Shown here piece after piece: positions 29,629-40,300 of a stretch of 64,000 nt of DNA; the first letter of the stretch is position 1; each line of letters begins with the position of its first letter. Position numbers and translations under genes: made by a program. The notes under the pieces were generated by a model, which saw nothing but the letters and a program-made list of their open reading frames with translations, was not told where the DNA came from and did no database searches. Location of the stretch: the NCBI GenBank assembly GCA_021513715.1, contig CP084167.1, positions 658,117 to 722,116 on the forward strand, written 5' to 3'. Source of the DNA: Candidatus Heimdallarchaeum endolithica (GTDB lineage: Archaea > Asgardarchaeota > Heimdallarchaeia > Heimdallarchaeales > Heimdallarchaeaceae).

Positions 29629-29893
29629 AAGTCTATGCTTGTAAAACAATAGTAAGTTCCTTCAAACAACATTACTTCTTTTTTTTTAAACCATTCAAGT
29701 GGATAACAAATTTTTTGTTTAATGAACTTCAATAAAAATGAAGATAAAATTTTTCAAACTTTATTTAATTACAAAAAAAAGAAGGTTATTAATATCAAAA
29801 AAAGTCTTAAAAAGACCAAACTTGTAAGGTTATCATAAAAGCTAGTAAATTCAATTATAGTATGAAAAAGCAAGCAAAAATAGAGGATAAATA

Positions 29894-30340
29894 ATGAGTA
29901 CTAATTCAAAGTTAATTAAACTTTCAACAATTGTAGCATTAATCGGTTTTCTAATTTCTCTTTTCCTTTTGTATTCTGAAATAACAAATTCATTTTATTG
30001 TATAGTTGAAGAGCATTTTTTTGACTGTTCAAAAGTTAATAAGAGTTCTTATGCAAGTATTCTTGGCGTTCCAATAAGTCTTATAGGTGTTATCTACTAT
30101 TTGTCAATAATAATAGCAGCAATAATGATCAGTAAACAAATTAAGGATAAGATTTTGCTTGATTTTGTACTTCCTGTTGTTACAACTTTAGGATTATTCT
30201 TTTCAATTTATTTAACTTTAATAGAAGCGATTGTAATACAAAAATTCTGTGAATACTGTTTAGTTTCAGCAATATGTAGTACTTCCTTGGCCGTAATTTA
30301 CTTGATAAACCCCATTTCTAAACTCAAAGAAAAAAAATAG
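29894..30340 (+). CDS. VKOR-family (vitamin K epoxide reductase-like) membrane thiol oxidoreductase
   Basis: Loop Cys pair and CEYC motif in a TM helix; four hydrophobic segments. Confidence 0.5.
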   Translation: MSTNSKLIKLSTIVALIGFLISLFLLYSEITNSFYCIVEEHFFDCSKVNKSSYASILGVPISLIGVIYYLSIIIAAIMISKQIKDKILLDFVLPVVTTLGLFFSIYLTLIEAIVIQKFCEYCLVSAICSTSLAVIYLINPISKLKEKK

Positions 30341-30702
30341 AAAGTTAAACAATAACTAAAAATAATCTAGTAGAAATAATCAAAAACTTAAAATAAGCTA
30401 AAAATTTTTATTTATATGGCTGAAGCAATAATATATTTTTGTATTTCCGCTTCAGCCCTCCCTCCCTCAATTTTCCGTTATAATAATGCATTTACCCCCT
30501 ACTCTTTTAAATTTAGACTTAAGAATGTCTTTAAAGAATTTAAAATAAAAAAGATGAAATTTAGTTAAGTAATATTCCTTTTTTCTCTTTTATTTCACTC
30601 CAGATCATTTCATCTTCAAAAAATAATCAAGACTCATTTCCTCTTTTAAACCATCTAATAGAAAGAGGTCATTAAAATAGAAAAAGAAAAAAATAATTTA
30701 AC

Positions 30703-32802
30703 TTACAAAATAGGAATTAATCCTGCTCCACCATTGATGAGCATTAATATTCCCATGAAGATGGATGATGTAAGACTCATTACTACTAGTAGAGTGTTTA
30801 TTGATGGTCCTGCTGTATCTTTGAATGGATCACCTACTGTATCTCCAGTTATAGCAGATTTATGTGTATGTGTTCCTTTTCCTCCTAGGTTTCCGTCTTC
30901 TATCCATTTCTTTGCATTATCCCAAGCTCCTCCTGCATTACTCATAAATATAGCAAACACAAAACCAGAGAGTATTGATCCTGCTAGAAATGCACCTAAG
31001 GAAGCTACTCCAAAGAATATTCCTACAAGTAGTGGTAACAGAATTGATATTAAACTTGGTAGTATTAACTGTTTTAATGATCCTTTTGTTGCAATCGAGA
31101 TCGTTTTTGAGAAATCTGCTGGTTCTTCTCCTGTCAGAATCTTTGGATTTTCTTTAAACTGTCTTCTTATCTCATCAACCATTTTTGCTGCGTTTTTCTG
31201 TACTCCTAAAATCAGTACTGCACTAAACAATGCTGGAGCCATAACTCCAAAGAATGCACCTATTAACACATTTACTGATAGCAAGTTTATTCCACTTTCT
31301 ATTATTCCAGCTTCTTGAGCATATGAGAACATTAGTGCTACAACAGCTAGATTTGCAGCTCCAATTGCAAAACCTTTGGTAATTGCTTTGGCTGTGTTTC
31401 CTGCAGAGTCTAATCTATCAGCAATGCGAATAGTTTCTTCTCCTAAACCACCTTGTTCAGCGATAGCTCTTGAATTGTCTACAATTGGGCCATAGGCATC
31501 ATTTGAAACAATAGTTCCTACAATAGCTAACATTCCTACTGCAGCCATTGCTACTCCAAATTGAGCATCAAGTAAGTAAGCTAAAAACATAGCTATAATT
31601 ATGCCTACTCCTGGAGGAACAACACTTATAAGACCATAGGAAAATCCAGAAAGGATTACTAGTGCATCTCCTTCTTCTGCTGCTTTAGCGATGTTTCTTG
31701 TTGGTGGAAGATCATCCCTAGTAAAGTAGTCACTTGTCCAACCAATGACAATTCCGCTAGCAAGACCTAAGATAACAGCAAAGTAATTTCTCCACAGACG
31801 ACTGATCTCTCCTTCAGTTAATGATTTATTCAAAGTCATTAACCAGACAATTAAAGCACCTAATGCTGCAAATATTAAAGTCGCAAGATAAGTTCCAAGA
31901 TTTAAAGAACGCCCAGGATTATCAGAACTTATGAGTTTAATTATAAATATTCCAATCAATGAAGCAATAAGACCTATTCCAGAGAGAACAAGAGGATAAA
32001 CAATAAAAGTTTCTTTAGCAGCAGTTAATATTAGTGAATTTGCCAGAATCATTGCAGCAACAATTGAAGCAACATAAGAGTCAAATAGATCAGAACCCAT
32101 TCCTGCTAAATCTCCTACATTGTCGCCTACATTATCAGCAATTGTAGCAGGATTTCTTACATCATCTTCAGGTAGATCAAACTCACTTTTTCCTACTAAA
32201 TCTGCTCCCACATCAGCTGTTTTAGTATATATTCCTCCTCCACATTTCATGAATAGAGCGATTGTACTAGCTCCAAAACTGAAACCCAGTACTACATAAG
32301 GTGATTGGAATATCCAGTACAAACCTGAAACACCTATTAGCGCAGCTCCTACTACAGCCAATCCCATCACAGCTCCACCAAAGAAAGCAATGTCAAAACC
32401 TTTCTTTGTTCCTACAGTACAACCTTGCGCAGCTCTTGTATTTGCTTTGACTCCAACCATCATTCCTAACCAACCAGCGATCATGCTTGCTGCAGAACCT
32501 ATAAGGTAAGCTATCGCTTGTTCCCAATTCAGATCTCCAGAAACTACAGGTACTTTATGGTTAGTCATATCTGAAGGTAAGAATAGTAGGATTACTAAGA
32601 ATAGTATAAATACAAAGATGCTAAGCACTGTGTATTGAACCTTCAAGTAAGTTTCTGCCCCTTTTTCTATATAGCCTGAAACTTCTTGCATTTTTTCATT
32701 TCCAGGGTCTTCTTTCATAACTAAGAAAGCGAAGAAAACCGCCATTCCTATCGAAATTACACCTGCTATCAGCGATACAAGTAAAATTAACGGTACAGCC
32801 AT
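30703..32802 (-). CDS. hppA: Membrane-bound H+/Na+-translocating pyrophosphatase
   Basis: 699 aa with GGG(I)YTKTADVGADLVGK and DNVGDNVGD signature motifs; 15-16 TM helices. Confidence 0.9.
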   Translation of the reverse strand: MAVPLILLVSLIAGVISIGMAVFFAFLVMKEDPGNEKMQEVSGYIEKGAETYLKVQYTVLSIFVFILFLVILLFLPSDMTNHKVPVVSGDLNWEQAIAYLIGSAASMIAGWLGMMVGVKANTRAAQGCTVGTKKGFDIAFFGGAVMGLAVVGAALIGVSGLYWIFQSPYVVLGFSFGASTIALFMKCGGGIYTKTADVGADLVGKSEFDLPEDDVRNPATIADNVGDNVGDLAGMGSDLFDSYVASIVAAMILANSLILTAAKETFIVYPLVLSGIGLIASLIGIFIIKLISSDNPGRSLNLGTYLATLIFAALGALIVWLMTLNKSLTEGEISRLWRNYFAVILGLASGIVIGWTSDYFTRDDLPPTRNIAKAAEEGDALVILSGFSYGLISVVPPGVGIIIAMFLAYLLDAQFGVAMAAVGMLAIVGTIVSNDAYGPIVDNSRAIAEQGGLGEETIRIADRLDSAGNTAKAITKGFAIGAANLAVVALMFSYAQEAGIIESGINLLSVNVLIGAFFGVMAPALFSAVLILGVQKNAAKMVDEIRRQFKENPKILTGEEPADFSKTISIATKGSLKQLILPSLISILLPLLVGIFFGVASLGAFLAGSILSGFVFAIFMSNAGGAWDNAKKWIEDGNLGGKGTHTHKSAITGDTVGDPFKDTAGPSINTLLVVMSLTSSIFMGILMLINGGAGLIPIL

Positions 32803-32949
32803 TTTTTTATACTCCTATTTTTTTCTTCTTTTCCGTATCATACACCCGTATTTAAAATTTGTGCAAATTAAAGTTAATAAGTTTAACAATTTTTTTAATA
32901 AAATAATTTATGTTAAATAGTTCAACGATGAAGAAAAATGAGTTTAGGG

Positions 32950-33235
32950 CATACAAAAAGAAAAAATTCATTTCATTTTTTTTAACTCTCTTCCAAATAA
33001 AAATACAGTTAAGATTGTAGCCCCCAAAGCAAGTAAAAACAAATAAATTAAAGTTATTTCGAATGGAGAATTATCCAGAAATTAGCCAAAAGACCAAGGA
33101 AAGACAGCTGCTAATGTGTTGGGTATTGCAAACAAGAAACCAAGTGCTGTTGACCTATTTCCTGATGCACTTCTTCTCTTACATATCTTGTACTTGCTAC
33201 ACTACTAAAGTGTAAAAAGGCTATGAAAGCAAAAT
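32950..33235 (-). pseudogene. C-terminal fragment of an MFS-transporter paralog
   Basis: Minus-strand RSTALGFLFAIPNTLAAVFPWSFG* matches the MFS protein at 35968-37221 (KSRSTALGFLFAIPNTLAAIFPWSFGY); in-frame TAA and an upstream frameshift. Confidence 0.5.
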
Positions 33236-33237
33236 AA

Positions 33238-33660
33238 AATATTATTATTCCACATGTTCGAGAAGGTAAAGGAAAAGGAAAAAGTACTCGTAAGTTTCGC
33301 AGGAAACTTCATCAGTGGAACTTTTCTCTTGTCCTTGCTCTTCTCCGTCGGACACTAATATTAAGAGGTTTTGACCCTCATCGAATATTAACAATAGAAG
33401 AAAGAGGGACATCTTCTCACTGTGCTCGTTACGGGAAGAAAGTTATCCGTCCAGTAAGAGGTTTAGTTCATTGTTCTTCTTGCAATTACACTTTCCACTC
33501 TGACCTCACAGGGGCAATAAATATCGCTCGTAAGTTCCTTGGGGCTCTTTTCCGTCCTCGAGGAACAACTATCACTGATTACCTCACTGGTCAAAGGTTC
33601 AGTTCTACCCATTTCACTGTTTGCCGAGGGCTCAGCCATTGGTTGCAGTCCCAGTAGATG
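33238..33660 (+). pseudogene. 5'-truncated TnpB-like nuclease gene (zinc finger plus RuvC-III)
   Basis: No start codon; translation ...IRPVRGLVHCSSCNYTFHSDLTGAINIARKFLGALFRPRGTTITDYLTGQRF... aligns with the C-terminal ~120 aa of the intact gene at 51095-52609. Confidence 0.65.
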
Positions 33661-33720
33661 AAAAAGGACTTAACTAATTCTATCCTCTTATATTTGAGGT
33701 TTAGTTCTTTCTTTTTTGTC

Positions 33721-33800
33721 TCTCGTGGAGTGAAGAAAGATAGAAAGAAAAACTTTCTTTTCTTCTTTATGATTCCCACGATTCGTGTATGATGTCTGTC
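33721..33800 (+). ncRNA. Degenerate copy of the TnpB-associated structured 3' element
   Basis: CTCGTGGAGTGAAGA...hairpin...CTTTATGATTCCCACGATTC matches 52649-52710; the inner stem differs in sequence but stays complementary. Confidence 0.35.
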
Positions 33801-34017
33801 TCAACTCTTCATAGCATTGTATGACTTGGTTGAGTTCAAGAGATTAAACTTTTACTTGTTTTTTCTCTTGCAAGACAGAGTGCGAAAAACTTTACGTAAA
33901 AAAGTAAATCATGACAAAATACTGCATCTTCTGGTGTTTTTGATCCACATTTTGTACAATATTTCATAAACATTCACCCATATTACTACCATAGTAGTAA
34001 TACTATCTTATATAAAT

Positions 34018-34572
34018 CTATTCAAATCTTTTAGAAGTGAAAGTGAACACATGTTGAATAAAGGATTTGGGGGTGAACCCTCTCCTAAAGTAAAGAATTG
34101 AAAGAAATACTAAACTTAAGAAACCTCCAATTTCATTATAATAGACATAAGGTTGTAAAAGAAACTGAAAGTATGTTTGTGTTTTTGGTTGAAAAGTATA
34201 GTTTACAAAGGGGAAAAACCAAGGAATAAATCCTGCTGTATCTAAAATGATATGCATTATCCAACCCAGAATCAATGCAGAATAAACAGTGGGTTTTTTC
34301 CTGAAAACAACTATGAATAAAATGAACATCAGTATAGCAAATGGAATTGAATGACCAATGTATCTTCCATAACCTGTTATAGGCTCTGAAATGAGTTTAT
34401 CAATAATATCTGGTCCAAGAGCTCCAATTATTAGGGGAATAAAAGCAAAATGAACTATCCCCCAACTATCTGTAGGTTCTAAATTTTTCTTTTTTAGAAG
34501 TAACCAATAATAAAGATGAGCTATAATTTCTGCTGTTAATAATGTGTATCCAATGTGGGCAATTAAGAACAT
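34018..34572 (-). CDS. Membrane-bound metal-dependent hydrolase-like protein (DUF457/YdjM-like)
   Basis: GALGPDIIDK and conserved His residues across TM helices. Confidence 0.45.
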   Translation of the reverse strand: MFLIAHIGYTLLTAEIIAHLYYWLLLKKKNLEPTDSWGIVHFAFIPLIIGALGPDIIDKLISEPITGYGRYIGHSIPFAILMFILFIVVFRKKPTVYSALILGWIMHIILDTAGFIPWFFPFVNYTFQPKTQTYFQFLLQPYVYYNEIGGFLSLVFLSILYFRRGFTPKSFIQHVFTFTSKRFE

Positions 34573-34604
34573 TCAAATCTTTTCTCCGAGTTGAGTTATA
34601 GTTT

Positions 34605-35171
34605 CTATTTTTTTGCTTTATGATGTTTATAAATATTTTTAGTTAATGCATCAAGTAATTGAGTTAACCCTTTACCTGAAATTGCTGAGACTTCAAAGAA
34701 TTCATTGTTAATGTTCTCTCTAGCTGATGTACGGTTTAATCTAAGACAAAAAGCTTGTGCGTCTATAGGATTTAATGTTCTATTTCTTACATTAGGGTTA
34801 TTTCGAAGATCAATTTTATTTCCTACTAGAACTATTGGAATCTTCCCTTTTCTATTGTAATTGATCAATTGCTCTAACCAGAATGTTACTCTTCTAAATG
34901 TCTCTGCTTTTGTAATATCAAAAACTATAAACGCTCCATCAGCTCCTAAATACCATTTAGTTCTTTGAGGAGAGGATAATAGTTCTCTTGCAGGTAAATC
35001 ATAAAGGTCAAAAGCTACTTCTTCTCCTTGTATTGTGCGAAAAACTTTTACAATCTCCGCTTTTAGAGAAGGAACCTTCTCTTTATTTTTTTCATTTTGA
35101 ACTATTTTCTTAAATAAAGTAGTTTTACCTACGCTGTTATCACCTATAAAAAGAATCTTAAATGTGAGCAT
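34605..35171 (-). CDS. Divergent Ras-superfamily small GTPase
   Basis: G1 GDNSVGKTT, G4 GNKIDL, G5 SAISG; G3 is YDLPARE, lacking the Gly and Gln of DxxGQ. Confidence 0.7.
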   Translation of the reverse strand: MLTFKILFIGDNSVGKTTLFKKIVQNEKNKEKVPSLKAEIVKVFRTIQGEEVAFDLYDLPARELLSSPQRTKWYLGADGAFIVFDITKAETFRRVTFWLEQLINYNRKGKIPIVLVGNKIDLRNNPNVRNRTLNPIDAQAFCLRLNRTSARENINNEFFEVSAISGKGLTQLLDALTKNIYKHHKAKK

Positions 35172-35257
35172 TGTTTTTCCTCAGAAACATTCATTTATTA
35201 GTATATACTTAAAAGAATCACTTAAAGTATAAAAAATTAATGTATTAGCTACTTTAC

Positions 35258-35827
35258 TTACTTTTGATTTGATTTATCTCTGATACTTCTTCCAAGAATT
35301 TCAAAGGCTCTATCGATATTTAATCCAGTCTTTGCGCTTGTTTCTAAACAATAATTAATTACACCATACCTCTGTGTACGAAGATTTAGTTCAGTAACAT
35401 ACTTTTGAACTTGTTTGAACTTAACACTCTTTCTATCTCTTAAATCACTTTTATTTGCAAGAACGACAACAGGTACCACTCCTGAACCGTTGAATTTGTA
35501 AAGTTCATTTAACCACATTGGTAGATTTTGAAAAGAAGAAGGACGAGTTATATCAAAGACAAGTAAGGCACCTTGTGCTCCTTTATAAAAACGTGCTCTA
35601 ACTTGCTCAAACATCTGTTGTCCTGCAAGATCCCAAATTTGAAATTTCCACTTCTCATTAGGAATGATTTCTTTGTCTATTGTTGAAAAATCTGCCCCAA
35701 GTGTCATAAGATGACTGGTATTAAATCCGTATCCCATATATTGCATTCTAATAGAAGTTTTTCCTACTGCACCATCACCAATAAGAACGATTTTGAAAAT
35801 AAACAGTTTTTCTGTCATGAAGTTCAA
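35258..35827 (-). CDS. Ras/Rab-like small GTPase
   Basis: G1 GDGAVGKTS, switch I TLGADF, G3 WDLAGQQ, G4 NKSD, G5 ETSAK. Confidence 0.8.
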   Translation of the reverse strand: MNFMTEKLFIFKIVLIGDGAVGKTSIRMQYMGYGFNTSHLMTLGADFSTIDKEIIPNEKWKFQIWDLAGQQMFEQVRARFYKGAQGALLVFDITRPSSFQNLPMWLNELYKFNGSGVVPVVVLANKSDLRDRKSVKFKQVQKYVTELNLRTQRYGVINYCLETSAKTGLNIDRAFEILGRSIRDKSNQK

Positions 35828-35967
35828 CCAATATCTCTGTTAATCTTTTTTTCCTAATATATTCTCCTTATTCCATGTTTAAATTTTTTTATCTAGGAAA
35901 CTTCGTTCAAAAAAAAGTTTAAAAATAACATTTAAAAATAAACATCAAAAAGAGCAGAAGAGAAAGA

Positions 35968-37221
35968 ATGTCGAGGATACATAGTAAAAATCCTATTGCT
36001 TCATTAAGTATTTTGATTTTTGGTCATTTTCTCAACCATTTCTATGCTTATGTGTTTGGTGCAGCAATGTTTGTGATAAGAAATGATATAGTTATGAACA
36101 ATAAACAAATTGGATTATTAGCAACTATTCAAATGGTAGTTTTTGCACTTTGCACTTTTATTGTAGGAGTGTTGGGAGATAAATGGTTAGCAAGTAAAAA
36201 ACTGTTTGTACCCGTAGGTATTTTCTTTATGGCACTACATCTGATAGTTGCATCAATAGCTCAAAGATATATCGTTCTTGCAATTGCAGCAGCGATTGTA
36301 GGTTTTGGTGCTTCTTTTTATCATCCTGTAGCCTATGCAGCAATAGCAGATCTCTATGAAGATAAAAAAGGATTGACTATGGCTCTAAATGCTGCTTTAG
36401 GAATGATTGGAACAGCTCTTACACCAGGAATAATTGCTTCATTTAGCGAGTGGATTGGATGGAGAAAATTCTTTCTATACTTTGGTCTGGGCGCAATAGT
36501 TTTAACTTTTCTAATGTTTATAGGATTTAATAGACTAATAGACTATAGCTTTGAAAAAGAAGAATTAGAACAAATAGAAAAAAGAAGAAATTCAATGACA
36601 ATGAAAGAAAGAATAATCTATTGGCTAAAATTTGAATTTCTAGCTATTCTAACTTTAGCTGTAATAACATGCTTGGCCTATTCTTCGCTTAGATCTGGCT
36701 TATACAAAATAGTGACACAGTTTTTAAGTATTATATTTGTAGATTACTATGATTATAACATATTAAATGCTGGTTGGTTATCATCAGTAATGCTGATAAT
36801 AGGTGGATTAACTGCCATTTTTGGAGGAATATTGAGCGATAAGAAAAATACTCCGTTAACTATGTTTATTTCTTTATTTGGTTCTACAATATCGATTTTG
36901 CTTATTTTTCTATTAGGCAAAAATACAGGAACTTGGGGAATAATAATTCTTTATTTTTCATTTATAGCTTTCTTACACTTCAGTAGTGCTGCAAGTACAA
37001 AATTTGTAACAGAGGAAGTACATCAAAAAAGTAGATCTACAGCTCTCGGTTTCTTGTTTGCGATTCCTAATACACTTGCAGCTATATTTCCTTGGTCATT
37101 TGGATACTTTATGGATAACTCACCGTTTGATATAACACTAATCTATCTGTTCTTCATTGCCTTAGTTGCAACAATGTTAACAATTATATTATTTGCGCGA
37201 GAGCTAAAAAAGAAAAAATAA
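35968..37221 (+). CDS. MFS transporter
   Basis: 12 predicted TM helices in two 6-helix halves. Confidence 0.7.
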   Translation: MSRIHSKNPIASLSILIFGHFLNHFYAYVFGAAMFVIRNDIVMNNKQIGLLATIQMVVFALCTFIVGVLGDKWLASKKLFVPVGIFFMALHLIVASIAQRYIVLAIAAAIVGFGASFYHPVAYAAIADLYEDKKGLTMALNAALGMIGTALTPGIIASFSEWIGWRKFFLYFGLGAIVLTFLMFIGFNRLIDYSFEKEELEQIEKRRNSMTMKERIIYWLKFEFLAILTLAVITCLAYSSLRSGLYKIVTQFLSIIFVDYYDYNILNAGWLSSVMLIIGGLTAIFGGILSDKKNTPLTMFISLFGSTISILLIFLLGKNTGTWGIIILYFSFIAFLHFSSAASTKFVTEEVHQKSRSTALGFLFAIPNTLAAIFPWSFGYFMDNSPFDITLIYLFFIALVATMLTIILFARELKKKK

Positions 37222-37355
37222 TGTGAATTTCGAATTACTTTTATTTTTTTTTATAATAATAATATTCAACCAAGCTGTCTTATTTCTATGTTGAATAAAA
37301 CAAAAAAGACTAATAAAAAAGAATATTAGTAAAAAAAGAAGAAAAATTAAGCTAA

Positions 37356-40300
37356 CTATAATTTTCCTTCATTTGAGCGCTCAAAAGATGAGAATTCATT
37401 AAGAAGGCGGTCAATAGCTTCTGTGATTTCTTCTTTACTACCTGATGCAAAAGTGAAAATAACCATTTCTCCATCTATCACAAGGAGATCTTCAGGAAGG
37501 GTAACTAACCATCTATACAATGCCCCACGATTAGTGAATTCTAATGCATCCACTAAATCTTGAATAGACACTTTTTTAGCTCTTTTTGCTAGTCCTCCTA
37601 AAGTATTTCTTCTTTTAATAGACATTTGCCATTCAGCAAAAGAATCAAATCCTTCATTTAACGCTTGTTGATATGTAGGATAATCTGGAAAACCATTTTT
37701 ACTTGCTTTGCTTGCAGAAGTAAAATCAGGAGCTTTCATTTTCTTAACAAAAATTAACCCATTTTTATTTTCAGCGCCTAGTTTTTGAGCTTCTTCATAT
37801 TCTTCATAATTAGAAAAACCACCATCTTTTATCTTTTTAGCAATATCATAACTAGGAGCCCCTAACTTCTTCGTTAGTTCAAATCTTTCTTTATTTTCAG
37901 CGCCTAGTTTTTGAGCTTCTTCATATTCTTCATAATTAGAAAAACCACCATCTTTTATCTTTTTAGCAATATCATAACTAGGAGCATTAGTTTGTAAAAT
38001 TTCTAAATTCATTTTTCTTTTATTTAAACGGTAGCGAATGAAAAATACCAAGCCAACTATAAATAATAAAAATAATGATCCGATAGGAATAATGTAAAAT
38101 TTTAAAGGGTTAGAACTTGATTTTAAGGGATTTGTATTAAATATTAACTCTATTTTATCGGAAAATCCATCGTTGTCTGTGTCTGTGTCTGTAGGGTCAG
38201 TATAATAAGTATTTACTTCTTCTTCATCAGTTAACCCATCGTTGTCTGTGTCTGTGTCTGTAGGGTCAGTATAATAAGTATATTCTTCTATGTTAGTTAG
38301 CCCATCATTATCATCATCTTCGTTTGCGTTACTTGTTAATGGGTCTAAATTGTAAAGTACTTCCCACCCATCTGGCATTCCATCATTGTCTGTGTCTGTG
38401 TCTGTAGGGTCAGTATAATAAGTATATTCTTCTATGTTAGTTAGCCCATCATTATCATCATCTTCGTTTGCGTTACTTGTTAATGGGTCTAAATTATAAA
38501 GTACTTCCCATCCATCTGGCATTCCATCATTGTCTGTGTCTGTGTCTGTAGGGTCAGTATAATAAGTATATTCTTCTATGTTAGTTAGCCCATCATTATC
38601 ATCATCTTCGTTTGCGTTACTTGTTAATGGGTCTAAATTATAAAGTACTTCCCATCCATCTGGCATTCCATCATTGTCTGTGTCTGTGTCTGTAGGGTCA
38701 GTATAATAAGTATATTCTTCTATGTTAGTTAGCCCATCATTATCATCATCTTCGTTTGCGTTACTTGTTAATGGGTCTAAATTGTAAAGTACTTCCCATC
38801 CATCTGGCATTCCATCATTGTCTGTGTCTGTGTCTGTAGGGTCAGTATAATAAGTATATTCTTCTATGTTAGTTAGCCCATCATTATCATCATCTTCGTT
38901 TGCGTTACTTGTTAATGGGTCTAAATTGTAAAGTACTTCCCATCCATCTGACATTCCATCTTCATCAGTATCAGCTTTTTTGGGATTTGTACCTAAGTAA
39001 TCTTCCAAAAAGGAGGATAAACTATCATTGTCAGGGTCTACATCTGCTAAATTATTTGTTCTGGAAAAGTTTCCTGTTCCACTTAAACCCTGCCAAAAAA
39101 CATTAATACCTGAAGGTTCAAATTCTAAAGCATAAATACTATAGTCAAAACTGCCTATTAATAAATCTAGTTTTCCATCCCCATTTATATCTGCGATAGC
39201 AGGAGAAGAGTCGATATCTCCACCTGTTGTGTATGACCATATTACTGTCCCATTTTGCCCATTAAGAACATAAATCCTGTCATCTTTACTTCCTATTATT
39301 ACATCTAGTTTTCTATCCCCATTTATATCTGCGATAGCAGGAGAAGAGTCGATATCTCCACCTGTTGTGTATGACCATATTACTGTCCCATTTTGCCCAT
39401 TAAGAACATAAATCCTGTCATCTCTACTTCCTATTATTACATCTAGTTTTCTATCTCCATTTATATCTGCGATAGCAGGTGAAGAGTAAATAACTCCACC
39501 TGTTGTGTATGACCATATTACTGTCCCATTTTCCCCATTAAGAGCATAGACTAAGCTATCATAACTTCCTATTATTACATCTAGTTTTCCATCCCCATTT
39601 ATATCTGCGATAGCAGGAGAAGCGCAGATATCATATCCTGTTATATATGACCATATTACTGTCCCATTTTCCCCATTAAGAACATAAATCCTGTCATCTC
39701 TACTTCCTATTATTACATCTAGTTTTCCATCCCCATTTATATCTGCGATAGCAGGAGAAGAGTCGATATCTCCACCTGTTGTGTATGACCATATTACTGT
39801 CCCATTTTGCCCATTAAGAACATAAATCCTGTCATCTTTACTTCCTATTATTACATCTAGTTTTCCATCCCCATTTATATCTGCGATAGCAGGAGAAGAG
39901 TCGATATCATATCCTGTTGTGTATGACCATATTACTGTCCCATTTTCCCCATTAAGAACATAAATCCTGTCATCTCTACTTCCTATTATTACATCTAGTT
40001 TTCCATCCCCATTTATATCTGCGATAGCAGGAGAAGAGTGAATAGCAGCACCTGTTGTGTATGACCATTCTAATAAACCAAATTTTCCTATAACATATAT
40101 TGTATTATCAACGCTACCTACAATTACTTCTGTAACTCCATCATTGTCTATATCCGCTGCAGAACATGAAGAAACAATATAATTGTTAGTTTTGTAGTAC
40201 CAAAGTCGATTAGAAGTCAATGAATTTACCGAACTAGAGAGAGATATCTGCTGTTCTGATAATGGTAAGGAATAACTAAAACTTGGTAAATAAAATGAAT

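Noticed and set aside
30734-31318. 194-aa plus-strand ORF inside hppA
   Set aside because: Antisense to the pyrophosphatase gene, whose signature motifs are unambiguous.
38150-40080. Regularly spaced near-identical repeats considered as a possible CRISPR array
   Set aside because: The units are 138 and 144 bp with no unique spacers, lie inside one continuous ORF and encode protein repeats; no cas genes are nearby.
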